A DNA stretch of 39,580 nucleotides from Candidatus Roizmanbacteria bacterium (GTDB lineage: Bacteria; Patescibacteriota; Microgenomatia; UBA1406): the NCBI GenBank assembly GCA_024654535.1, contig JANLHL010000038.1, positions 1-39,580 on the forward strand, in the 5' to 3' direction. The position numbers and the translations under genes are program-made. The notes under the pieces were generated by a model. It worked only from the letters and a program-made list of their open reading frames with translations. It did not search any database and was not told the origin of the DNA. Shown piece after piece: positions 28,289 to 36,810 of this stretch. Position 1 is the first letter of the stretch, and every line of letters starts with the position of its first letter.

Positions 28289-28738
28289 CTACCGTTTTAG
28301 GTATTCTTTCAATTGTTCTTTTTCACGACGTTTTATGGTACGTGTTTTTTCAACACTTTTTATTTGATACTGTTTTCTACCCTTTGAAAGAGCTATCTGA
28401 ACCTTTATAAAACTGTGACTAGTATAGCATTTTAATGGGACGATTGTCAAGTTCTGGCGCTCCGTAAGCTTGGTTCTGAGCCGTGAAAGTTCTTTTCGGG
28501 ATAAAAGCAGCTTGCGGCTCCTATCTGGTTCATAGAGATCATCCTTTGTATACGCATAGAGAGGAATATTTGTGTTAATTAAAAACAGCTCATCACCCAA
28601 AAACTTAACATACGACCCCATAAAATTAAGGCGACCATTTTTTACCGACTTCACCTCCGGCCCGGTTAAAACAATACCAGCTTCATATTTGTCTAAAATG
28701 TCATATTCACGAAAGGCTAAACGATTTACTATTTCCAT
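28289..28738 (-). CDS. smpB: SsrA-binding protein
   Basis: NR.A..EY, EAGIVLTGPEVKS, RSRKLLL, IVPLK. Start at MEIVN. Confidence 0.96.
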   Translation of the reverse strand: MEIVNRLAFREYDILDKYEAGIVLTGPEVKSVKNGRLNFMGSYVKFLGDELFLINTNIPLYAYTKDDLYEPDRSRKLLLSRKELSRLRTKLTERQNLTIVPLKCYTSHSFIKVQIALSKGRKQYQIKSVEKTRTIKRREKEQLKEYLKR

Positions 28739-28781
28739 ATCTATATTGTAACATTCAAGTGCCAGCGGTATACTCAAGTCC

Positions 28782-29561
28782 ATGATGCAGGCAATTTTAT
28801 TGGGTATTGTTGAGGGATTAACAGAATTTTTACCAGTGTCTTCAACAGCGCACCTTATTATAGTTGCACACATTGTTCATATAACGCAAAGCGAGTACTG
28901 GAAATTCTTTGAGGTATTTATACAAGGAGGGGCTATATGTGCTGTCGGTGTGTCATTTTTCAAGTCGCTCATCGATAAAAAACTACTCATGAAGCTTGCT
29001 GCTAGTTTTTTTCCAACAGCTGTCGTTGGCTTTGTGCTGTATAAGGTAATCAAAACCATTTTTTTTGAAAGCACAGGATTAATTGCCTTTATGCTCATTG
29101 CGGTTGGTTTTATATTTTTGCTTGTGGAGTGGGCAATTCGCACAAAAAGGATTCGTCTTACAAAAGACATAATATCTCTCACGTGGCGCGATGCGGTTAT
29201 CATAGGCCTCGCGCAATCTATAGCGGTAGTCCCAGGGGTTTCTCGTGCGGGCGCAGTAATTGTTGCGGCACTATTATTGGGTTATCGCAGAAAATCAGCT
29301 GCTCTGTATTCATTTCTGCTTGCTGTGCCGACTATCATAGCTGCGGCAGGATATGATCTATTAAAAACAGATACGAGTATTATTTTTTCAAATAGTGGCA
29401 CAAGTGTTATTGGGCTTGTTGTTGCGTTTATCACCGCTTATATAGTGGTAAAGTGGTTTATTGGTTATATTCAACAGAATACGCTCGAGTTATTTGCCTG
29501 GTATCGCATAGCGTTGGGTATGGGTGTATATGCTATGCGTGTTTTTGGACTTTGGTACTAG
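28782..29561 (+). CDS. uppP: Undecaprenyl-diphosphatase (BacA)
   Basis: VEGLTEFLPVSSTAH, PGVSRAG, SFLL..P. Confidence 0.96.
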   Translation: MMQAILLGIVEGLTEFLPVSSTAHLIIVAHIVHITQSEYWKFFEVFIQGGAICAVGVSFFKSLIDKKLLMKLAASFFPTAVVGFVLYKVIKTIFFESTGLIAFMLIAVGFIFLLVEWAIRTKRIRLTKDIISLTWRDAVIIGLAQSIAVVPGVSRAGAVIVAALLLGYRRKSAALYSFLLAVPTIIAAAGYDLLKTDTSIIFSNSGTSVIGLVVAFITAYIVVKWFIGYIQQNTLELFAWYRIALGMGVYAMRVFGLWY

Positions 29562-30765
29562 CCCAGTTTTTGAGGGCTGTTTGTGTTTTTCTATAATTCG
29601 CAAGAGGTGTGAAACCAACCAAAGAAGAAATGCCATGTCCATATAATGGTTTGTATCGTTTTAATACTGTATTTTCTTGATAAAAATCGCCCACAGCTCC
29701 TCCATCGTCGGTATGTACATAACAGTAAAAGGCTACCTTTTCTTTTTCACATATTGTTTGTATGAGGGGAAGTAGCTCGTGTACTTTTATGCGAATTAAG
29801 CTGCCACTGCCAAGAGCAATACAAACAGGCTTTTTCTTATCAAAGGCAAGTATAAATCCGCTGATGTTTTTGGCTGGCGTATCGTTCCAATGGGCATGAG
29901 TAGCATTTTTTGCGGTGAGTAGTGCTATTGGATATATCACCCCTATAGTTGTCGCTTTTTCAAGATAAGAAAGCGTTGTTTTTGGTTGTACGATTTTCAT
30001 GTGCAGTGTGTTGTTTGTATTTTCAACTACCACAGAGCGGACAATGGGCGAGGAATTATTTTTTGCAAAGTGAATGCTTTTTACATTTTCACGAAAAGAC
30101 TCCTCTGCATATTTTTTTTGCAAAGCGTTACGGAAGAAGGAGGTATTTTTTAACCCTTGATTGAAGCCGGGGACAGAGGCAGTGGTTGTTATTAAAAGAG
30201 TTTGTAGCTGTTTTTGAGAAACACTGCGGTGGGTAGTGATTTTTTTTTGATACCCCAAGAGGTAATTAGAAGCCCATGCCATAGTTCGAAACCCGCTTAT
30301 TGACAGTGTACGAAGCGCCTTTTTTGCAAAATGCGTGTCTTGCATAGATGTGGCTATCGTTTTTTTATCTATCTGAAATGGCATGAACGGTATAGGGATA
30401 TGGTTTCGGTACACAACCGTATGCACAGAAGAGGGAAAAAATGCATACGTCTGAGAGTAGACGTCTGCAGGGTTGATTTTTTTCTGTGCAAAGCGATATG
30501 CAAACAATGCACGGAGTGGTGCAAGAGAGGCTCCTAACGCCACCGTAAGACCTATGACGAGCTGGTATGGCAAATAGTGGAGGACACTCATTACAGTACT
30601 AGTCTGTAAAATTTTGCCGAAAAAAATACGATTGTGCAGAAATAGCTCACTCAATTTTCTAAAAGATTTTTCAACACTCTTGGGCAGAGGTATATAAAGG
30701 GAAGATTCTTCAGTGAGCGTATGGATTTTTTCTGACAATTTATGAATAGTAAGTTTTTTTTCCAT
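29533..30765 (-). CDS. Hypothetical protein
   Basis: Long ORF, start probably MEKKLT at 30765; one hydrophobic segment; divergent from the glycoside hydrolase. Confidence 0.6.
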   Translation of the reverse strand: MEKKLTIHKLSEKIHTLTEESSLYIPLPKSVEKSFRKLSELFLHNRIFFGKILQTSTVMSVLHYLPYQLVIGLTVALGASLAPLRALFAYRFAQKKINPADVYSQTYAFFPSSVHTVVYRNHIPIPFMPFQIDKKTIATSMQDTHFAKKALRTLSISGFRTMAWASNYLLGYQKKITTHRSVSQKQLQTLLITTTASVPGFNQGLKNTSFFRNALQKKYAEESFRENVKSIHFAKNNSSPIVRSVVVENTNNTLHMKIVQPKTTLSYLEKATTIGVIYPIALLTAKNATHAHWNDTPAKNISGFILAFDKKKPVCIALGSGSLIRIKVHELLPLIQTICEKEKVAFYCYVHTDDGGAVGDFYQENTVLKRYKPLYGHGISSLVGFTPLANYRKTQTALKNWASTKVQKHA

Positions 30766-30789
30766 AGGATCGTTTAGTATTGGTATTGC

Positions 30790-32004
30790 ATGCCTATTAC
30801 AACTGATTATACAAAAGCCGTTTCTATTGCCTCTCGCTCTCTTCGAGCATGCGTGACTCCACAGGGTATTATCGCAGGTACACACCACTTTGTCGACCTG
30901 TGGGCGCGTGACAGCTTGTTTGCAGTGTGGGGTGCTCTAGAAATTGGTGAGTATAGCGCAGTGCGCAATACTATAGATGCATTTTTACATACACAAAGAT
31001 CAGATGGCTTGATTGCACACCGCATACTGCGTGCGCGAGTATCTCCGCTGCGATACTTTGGTGTAATCTCTTATTACAAAAATCCAGTTGCCAATTTTCG
31101 GTCATACCAATCGGGCGGGCTCGTATTGGATGGTGGTTTACTGACTATTATTGCTGTTGCTCGATATGTACGTGCTACGAACGATATACGGTATGTTAAA
31201 AATAGATATAACTCACTCTTTCATGCAATAGAATGGCATTTGAAACGATTTAAAGGAGATGTCCTTTCAGAATGGTATTTGTGTGAATGGATGGATGCAG
31301 TATACAAAAGAGGATCTACACTATACACAAACACTCTTTACGCTAAAGCTTTACATGATATGTCATATTTAGCCCAGACAGTTGGCAAAAAGAGAGATGC
31401 GTATATATTCGAAGGGAAAGCGAATTTCATAGAAAAAAAACTTAATCTGCTTTTTTGGAATGGCACCTATTATGTCGATTGGATTTCTCGCTTTCAAAAA
31501 AAACATGCCTTTTTTAACTCACATGCGAATATGTTGGCGGTGAATTTTAAAATAGCCACGCCTGTACAAGCAAAATCTATATGTACGTACGCGCTCCATA
31601 AATGCGTTGTCGACTTTACTTTAGAGAGCTCTACTCCTCGTTATCCATGGTGGAGGATACCACCCTACAACCATATAGCAGGTATTGGTGATTATCACAA
31701 TGGGTTGCGCTGGTTACAACCAGGAATACACTATGCTCTTGCTCTCTATACTCTTGGAGAGGCGCGACGTGCACAACGAATGATGCGGGTGATTGCGGAG
31801 CATATTAATCATTATGATGGCGTCTACGAAGTTTATGAAAAATCTGGCGAACCAGTACGAAGACTGTTATATAAAGCCGAAGAGCCATTTGCATGGTCAG
31901 CCGGTTTATTTTTATATGCAACTGGCGTGATAATGAAAAGTAAATTGTTTAAACATGACTGTTCTCATGGTACAATAGCTATCAAGAAAGATTGTGAAGG
32001 GTAA
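30790..32004 (+). CDS. Six-hairpin glycoside hydrolase (amylo-alpha-1,6-glucosidase/invertase-like)
   Basis: LWARDS, EWMD, YHNG..W, YE, FAWSAG. Confidence 0.8.
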   Translation: MPITTDYTKAVSIASRSLRACVTPQGIIAGTHHFVDLWARDSLFAVWGALEIGEYSAVRNTIDAFLHTQRSDGLIAHRILRARVSPLRYFGVISYYKNPVANFRSYQSGGLVLDGGLLTIIAVARYVRATNDIRYVKNRYNSLFHAIEWHLKRFKGDVLSEWYLCEWMDAVYKRGSTLYTNTLYAKALHDMSYLAQTVGKKRDAYIFEGKANFIEKKLNLLFWNGTYYVDWISRFQKKHAFFNSHANMLAVNFKIATPVQAKSICTYALHKCVVDFTLESSTPRYPWWRIPPYNHIAGIGDYHNGLRWLQPGIHYALALYTLGEARRAQRMMRVIAEHINHYDGVYEVYEKSGEPVRRLLYKAEEPFAWSAGLFLYATGVIMKSKLFKHDCSHGTIAIKKDCEG

Positions 32005-32049
32005 GAGTTTTTGCTGATAGTGAAGAGCAAATAGCTGATAGCTAAGTTT

Positions 32050-32125
32050 GCCGAGGTAGCCAAGGTGGTCACGGCGGTGGTCTGAAAAACCTCAGATGTG
32101 TGTTCGACTCACACCCTCGGCACCA
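32050..32125 (+). tRNA. tRNA-Phe(GAA), CCA encoded
   Basis: GCCGAGG/CCTCGGC acceptor, CT-GAA-AA loop, GTTCGACTC, ACCA; one T-T mismatch in the anticodon stem. Confidence 0.92.
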
Positions 32126-32169
32126 AATAAGCTATTAGCTTTTAGCAATTAGCTATTAGACAAAACAGT

Positions 32170-32514
32170 ATGTATAAATTTGAGAAATTGGTGGTGTGGC
32201 AAGAATCTCTTATATTAATGCGGTTGGCGTATGCGCTCTGTAGCAAATTGCCAAAGCAAGAGTATGGCAATTTGATAGATCAATTAAGAAGAAGCGCAAC
32301 GTCTATAAATTTGAATATAGCAGAAGGTAGTGGATCAGAGAATGATAGAGAATTTGGTCGTTATTTGTACATCGCAAGAAAATCATTATATGAAGTAGTC
32401 GCTATACTAAAAATAGTAGAAGTTATACATAATATTAATGAACAAGAGATAAAGCTACAGACAGAGAAAGTTGGTAAAATATTGAGCGGCTTGATACGAA
32501 AGATAAAGAGTTGA
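32170..32514 (+). CDS. Four-helix-bundle protein (23S rRNA IVS/S23-like)
   Basis: FEKLVVWQ, LP..E...L.DQLRRSA.SI..NIAEG, IARKSL.E. Confidence 0.92.
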   Translation: MYKFEKLVVWQESLILMRLAYALCSKLPKQEYGNLIDQLRRSATSINLNIAEGSGSENDREFGRYLYIARKSLYEVVAILKIVEVIHNINEQEIKLQTEKVGKILSGLIRKIKS

Positions 32515-32584
32515 TCTCGAGAATAATTTTGTTTTGTAGTTATAATGTCTGACAGCTAAAAGCAAATCGCTAATAGCTAAACAT

Positions 32585-32655
32585 GCGGGGTTAGTATACC
32601 GGTAGTACGTCACCTTGCCAAGGTGAAAGAGCGAGTTCGATTCTCGTACCCCGCT
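32585..32655 (+). tRNA. tRNA-Gly(GCC), CCA not encoded
   Basis: GCGGGGT/ACCCCGC acceptor with T discriminator, TCACC-TTGCCAA-GGTGA, GTTCGATTC. Confidence 0.93.
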
Positions 32656-32914
32656 CACGCGACTTGAATAGGAAGTTCGGTAGATAGGTATTTATTCAAA
32701 AACTGAGATCGTGGGTTTTTTTGTATTACCAGGAAGTATAAAGCAGATATTCAAAGAATATATACATATCCAGTATGCATTATTATAGGTAGTTAAATCA
32801 GGGGTTATTTTTAGTTAATTTGAGTCTATAAAAAGGCTTTGCAATAGATCATTAGGTCCATAATGTAGCATATAATCCATAGCATTTATAGGATAGATAT
32901 GGTTTATTACATAT

Positions 32915-33130
32915 ATGGCAATAAGTAGACCATTCAGAATACTAAAAGAAAATGTTCGACTTATTCGAAGACAAAAAGGCATGTCGCAGATACAGTTAGC
33001 TCTGCTTTGTGATTTAGATAGAACATATATTAGCCAAATTGAAAACGGCTCAGCAAACCCAAGTTTAAACTCGTTGCGCAGACTAGCAAATGCGCTTGAT
33101 GTAAGCCTGTACGAGCTTCTCGATTATTGA
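32915..33130 (+). CDS. XRE-family HTH regulator (C-protein-like)
   Basis: SQIQLA...LDRTYISQIENGSANPSL. Confidence 0.88.
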   Translation: MAISRPFRILKENVRLIRRQKGMSQIQLALLCDLDRTYISQIENGSANPSLNSLRRLANALDVSLYELLDY

Positions 33131-33175
33131 TTACGATATACCTATCGGTTACTAATCAGAACGGTTTAGATAATA

Positions 33176-34951
33176 TCACTTTACCGTTACACTTTTTGCA
33201 ATATTACGTGGTCGATCTATGTTATTTCCCAACTTTTTAGCCATATAATAGGCAAGAAGCTGTAGAGGTACCACGTGCATAATTGCGCTTGTTTCAGCCT
33301 CTTTTGGTACAGGTATATGTATGTCCATCCCTTCTTCTTTATCAGCGGAGATGCCTATGACCGTTGCGCCACGAGCTTTTACCTCATGCATCGCGTTCAT
33401 CATATCGCTGTATACAGAGTCGCGAGAGAGAGCGGTAACTACGATAACTCCTTTTTCCATGAGCGTAATAGCGTAGTGCTTTAGATCACCTGCAGCAATA
33501 GCGTGTGCGTGTTTATAGGTACCCTCTATAAATTTCACCATACCTTCCCTCACGATTTGCAGATTTTGATATTTACCCATGAGAAAGATATCGTGTTTTT
33601 TTACAAGTATACGTGCTACTTCCTTCAGCTGTTTATGTGTCTCTGGTTTTTGTAAGTAATCACCCATGTCGTGTGACAACTTTTCTAGCTGTTTAAGTGC
33701 GTCAGTCCGTTTATTTGCAACTGTTTTCGCAAGTAAGTATCCCCACGCAATCTGTGATACAAATATCTTGGTAGACATTACGCAGATTTCAGGCCCCGCC
33801 TGTGCCATAAATGCAAAATCAGAGAGCCTACTCATCATGGACCCTGGCATATTCACAAATGATGCTATGACTGCTTTCTTGATTCGTGCATGCTCGATTA
33901 CCTCAAGTACATCTGCGGTTTCACCGCTTTGAGATGGGGCAATGATAAGGTCATCTGGTGTAAAATAGTCGTAGTATTCTTTTGCGTCTGCACCTACTAA
34001 ACCAACGGCATCTATATGTGCGTATTCACGTAAATAAAATGCTATCTGAGCCGCTGCAATTCCTGCAGTGCCAGATCCAACTGCATACACTCTTCGAGCG
34101 CGTTTTATAGCTTGTGCTAGTCGTTCATATTCTTTTGCTGGTTGTTTGAGGAGTGCCGCTATGACCTGCGGATTTTCATGAATTTCTTTGAGCATATAAT
34201 GCTCATAACCCGCTTTGTCTACTTCGCTATGACGAGTCGAAACATGTTCATAGTGCATAGAAATAGATTTTCCTGTTTGTATATCCTGACAGCTAACCTC
34301 TGACTTAGTAGCACGTATGAGTTGTCCATTGTCTACCATATACATGCCATCGACGTATGGTGCAAAGGATAATGTATCAGATGATATATACAGAGTCCCA
34401 TTTTTTGTGTTTCTGCCAACTACCAAAGGTGAACCATTTCGTGCAGCGATTATTTCTCCTTCTGTAGTAATAAGAGCTATGGTATTTCTACCAGAAAGCT
34501 GCTTAAAAGCTTGTTTTACTGCATCAAGTAGTGATGTAGTCTTCGTTTGTTCGTATTCGATCAATCTCACGATAACTTCTGTATCTGTTTCTGTATGAAA
34601 TGTGTAACCAAGCTGAAACAATTGTTTTTGTAATTCTTTATAATTTTCGACAATACCATTTTGGGCAAGTGCAAATGATTTATCGGTCGAAAAATGTGGG
34701 TGTGCGTTGCGTTGTGTCACTCGTCCATGCGTAGCCCAACGAGTATGTCCTAGTCCAGCGTGAGACGACGGTAATGTGAGCGCTTTTTCTACGTCTCCAA
34801 TTGGTCCCACTTGTTTTACTACTGTAAGCGTATGTTTCGCTGCGACTGCAATTCCCCATGAATCGTATCCTCGATATTCAAGTCGTTTGAGTCCGCGAAC
34901 TATCATTTCAGAAGCGTTACTATCCCCAATATAACCAAATATTCCACACAT
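33176..34951 (-). CDS. glmS: Glutamine--fructose-6-phosphate aminotransferase
   Basis: MCGIFG, LEYRGYDS, GHTRWATHG, SQSGETAD, PRNIAKSVTV. Confidence 0.97.
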   Translation of the reverse strand: MCGIFGYIGDSNASEMIVRGLKRLEYRGYDSWGIAVAAKHTLTVVKQVGPIGDVEKALTLPSSHAGLGHTRWATHGRVTQRNAHPHFSTDKSFALAQNGIVENYKELQKQLFQLGYTFHTETDTEVIVRLIEYEQTKTTSLLDAVKQAFKQLSGRNTIALITTEGEIIAARNGSPLVVGRNTKNGTLYISSDTLSFAPYVDGMYMVDNGQLIRATKSEVSCQDIQTGKSISMHYEHVSTRHSEVDKAGYEHYMLKEIHENPQVIAALLKQPAKEYERLAQAIKRARRVYAVGSGTAGIAAAQIAFYLREYAHIDAVGLVGADAKEYYDYFTPDDLIIAPSQSGETADVLEVIEHARIKKAVIASFVNMPGSMMSRLSDFAFMAQAGPEICVMSTKIFVSQIAWGYLLAKTVANKRTDALKQLEKLSHDMGDYLQKPETHKQLKEVARILVKKHDIFLMGKYQNLQIVREGMVKFIEGTYKHAHAIAAGDLKHYAITLMEKGVIVVTALSRDSVYSDMMNAMHEVKARGATVIGISADKEEGMDIHIPVPKEAETSAIMHVVPLQLLAYYMAKKLGNNIDRPRNIAKSVTVK

Positions 34952-35013
34952 ATAAATTTTTAAATTAGTAATGGTGCGCATGTATGCGCACGCTCCGCAT
35001 GATAGGGAAGAAA

Positions 35014-35233
35014 CTGTTTTGAGTTTCCTTTGTCCCGTCTATTACTAAACGGTTTTGAGAAACACATAAAGACAAACAGCAAAATGCCTAAGGGTTTCCG
35101 CAGATTCTTCACATTCAAATTATTGAACATGAGTCCGATTCTCACCACGTTCATGTTATTTTGCTGAACGTGACAAGCCCTTTCCTCGTATTCCCACGTT
35201 CATGTACTATCACTGAATGTGGGACCACACGCC
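35014..35233 (-). ncRNA. glmS ribozyme, expanded variant
   Basis: In the glmS 5' UTR: GGCGUGUGG-P1-ACGAGG-AAGGG...AUCG...GCGGAAACCCUU, P3 GGCA/UGUC, P4 GUUUC-UCAAAA-CCGUUUA-GUAA-UAGACGG-GACAAAG-GAAAC, and pseudoknot CUGUU/AACAG. Confidence 0.8.
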
Positions 35234-35313
35234 GAAATTTAATTTTTTAAATTCTTCCACATCAAAGAGCTATGGGTATAGGATACCACACTGGAATATC
35301 CAATATCAAATAA

Positions 35314-35390
35314 CCCGTCTTCGCCTCGCTGAAGGTCGTCAAAGACGATCGAAAGCGGGCTTCGCACACTTTCCAGATTCGGCGGGCAAG
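35314..35390. repeat. REP-like nested palindrome
   Basis: CCCGTC/GGCGGG outer pair, GCCTCGCT/AGCGGGC, and GGTCGTC-AAA-GACGATC inner hairpin. Confidence 0.55.
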
Positions 35391-35439
35391 CCAATAATTA
35401 GTATTAAAGGGGGGAGAGTTGGCATTAGGCGGTACGTTG

Positions 35440-35511
35440 TGCACCCGCTTGGGATCGAACCAAGGACCCCCACTTTATAAGAGTGATGCTCTACCACTGA
35501 GCTACGGGTGC
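35440..35511 (-). tRNA. tRNA-Ile(UAU), CCA not encoded
   Basis: GCACCCG/CGGGTGC acceptor with A discriminator, TCACT-CT-TAT-AA-AGTGG, GGTTCGATCC. Confidence 0.9.
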
Positions 35512-35567
35512 GTACACGTTTTATTTTACCATGGAAATTCCAAAGTACTGAAAAATCTGTGTATCTG

Positions 35568-35639
35568 TGCCCCCTGAGCGAATCGGACGCTCATCTATGG
35601 TTCCGGAAACCATCACTCTATCCATTAAGCTAAGGGGGC
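35568..35639 (-). tRNA. tRNA-Arg(CCG), CCA not encoded
   Basis: GCCCCCT/AGGGGGC acceptor, ATGGT-TT-CCG-GA-ACCAT; T-loop TCCGATT. Confidence 0.88.
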
Positions 35640-35721
35640 ACAATGGGTTGTATTATAACGCAAACTGTTTCTGTTGTATCAAACTGTAAGTCGAAAGAGA
35701 TACTCATGATAAAATAGTAGT

Positions 35722-36393
35722 ATGCAACACGATAAGACGATAATTTTTGCAAGACATGGTGAAACAAATTTTAATATCAATAAGCAAATACAAGACCCTA
35801 TAGAGCCTTATTTAACTACAAAAGGGCATATGCAAGCTCAGTCTGTTGGAAAAAAAATAAAAGAACAAGGATGGCAATTTGATAGCGTCTTTTGTGCAGA
35901 TACAACGAGAACGAAGGAGACCCTTACTGATATAGATTTACCAAATGTAACTAAAAACAATAGTATCCATATTACACAGTTCCTAAATGAGCGATTTCAC
36001 AAAGAGCTAGTTGGAAAGAACAAAGATAACGTAAGTGCTTTAGTTGGGGTTATAAAAGATAGGCTTTCATGGGAGCTGTATTTTGAAGGCACTGATAAGT
36101 CTATTCTGACAGGAAGATTTCCCAATAATGAAACTTTACAAAATGTACAAACACGAGTTGAAAAATTGATGATACAGATATATAAATCAACGGCTTATTA
36201 TATACTGCTAATAGGTAGCTCAATAATAAATCAGTATATATTGGAATATATGCAGTATGGATCGATTGGTAATCAGCAAGTAAGGGATTTCAAAACTGGT
36301 CAGATATTAGATTTCCAAAAGAATAATGAATTGAGAATGGTTACTCTCGATGGGAATAATAAGATAAAGATTATTGAATCTATAGATTTATAG
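35722..36393 (+). CDS. Histidine phosphatase family protein
   Basis: FARHGET, LT..G..QA, R..ET, LNER; the second catalytic His is not evident. Confidence 0.8.
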   Translation: MQHDKTIIFARHGETNFNINKQIQDPIEPYLTTKGHMQAQSVGKKIKEQGWQFDSVFCADTTRTKETLTDIDLPNVTKNNSIHITQFLNERFHKELVGKNKDNVSALVGVIKDRLSWELYFEGTDKSILTGRFPNNETLQNVQTRVEKLMIQIYKSTAYYILLIGSSIINQYILEYMQYGSIGNQQVRDFKTGQILDFQKNNELRMVTLDGNNKIKIIESIDL

Positions 36394-36810
36394 TAAAGTC
36401 TTCAGCGACAATCCAAACTGTTCTTTATCATTTTGGTATGTCAATCGCGCGGGGACGAGCGATTCTTCGATGAATTGTGCATCTTCTACTTCAATATCGT
36501 GATCGTCGACAGATCCGCTCTCGTACTCCATAACAAAATACCACACTGTCTTTTGAACCTTTTCACCTCGCCAAGTATAATAATAACGGGAAGGTGTCAA
36601 AATTTTACTTTTAATTTGTGCGTAAACACCACCTTCTTCTTGTACTTCGCGCGCGGCTGCTTCTTCAAGTGTTTCTTCTGGATTATTATCTCCAACTAAA
36701 CCTTTTGGAAAACCCCAATGCCCTGTATTTGCTTGTTGTATAAGCAGCCATAAACGATTGTTTTCACTTTGCCTATAGACAATGCCGCCTGCTGAAATTT
36801 CATATTTCAT
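36388..36810 (-). CDS. NUDIX hydrolase, Ap4A-hydrolase-like
   Basis: EISAGGIVY, WGFPKG...EEAAAREVQEEGG, KTVWYF. Confidence 0.88.
   Translation of the reverse strand: MKYEISAGGIVYRQSENNRLWLLIQQANTGHWGFPKGLVGDNNPEETLEEAAAREVQEEGGVYAQIKSKILTPSRYYYTWRGEKVQKTVWYFVMEYESGSVDDHDIEVEDAQFIEESLVPARLTYQNDKEQFGLSLKTLL

Larger units (their letters stand above)
32013..32582. repeat. Three heptamer tracts (GCWRATA-like) at 32013-32045, 32126-32160 (inverted) and 32548-32582
   Basis: gctgata-gtgaaga-gcaaata-gctgata-gctaa; tattagc-ttttagc-aattagc-tattaga; tctgaca-gctaaaa-gcaaatc-gctaata-gctaaac. Confidence 0.8.

Noticed and set aside
29533-30765. HTDDGG as a phosphodiester-glycosidase motif
   Set aside because: A single weak motif; insufficient for a call.
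32170-32514. Avd of a diversity-generating retroelement
   Set aside because: No reverse transcriptase or TR/VR pair in the window.
32455-32658. 67-aa minus-strand ORF (similarly 35217-35480, 35262-35444, 34960-35154, 28201-28410)
   Set aside because: Shadows of tRNA, ribozyme, tmRNA or smpB sequence.
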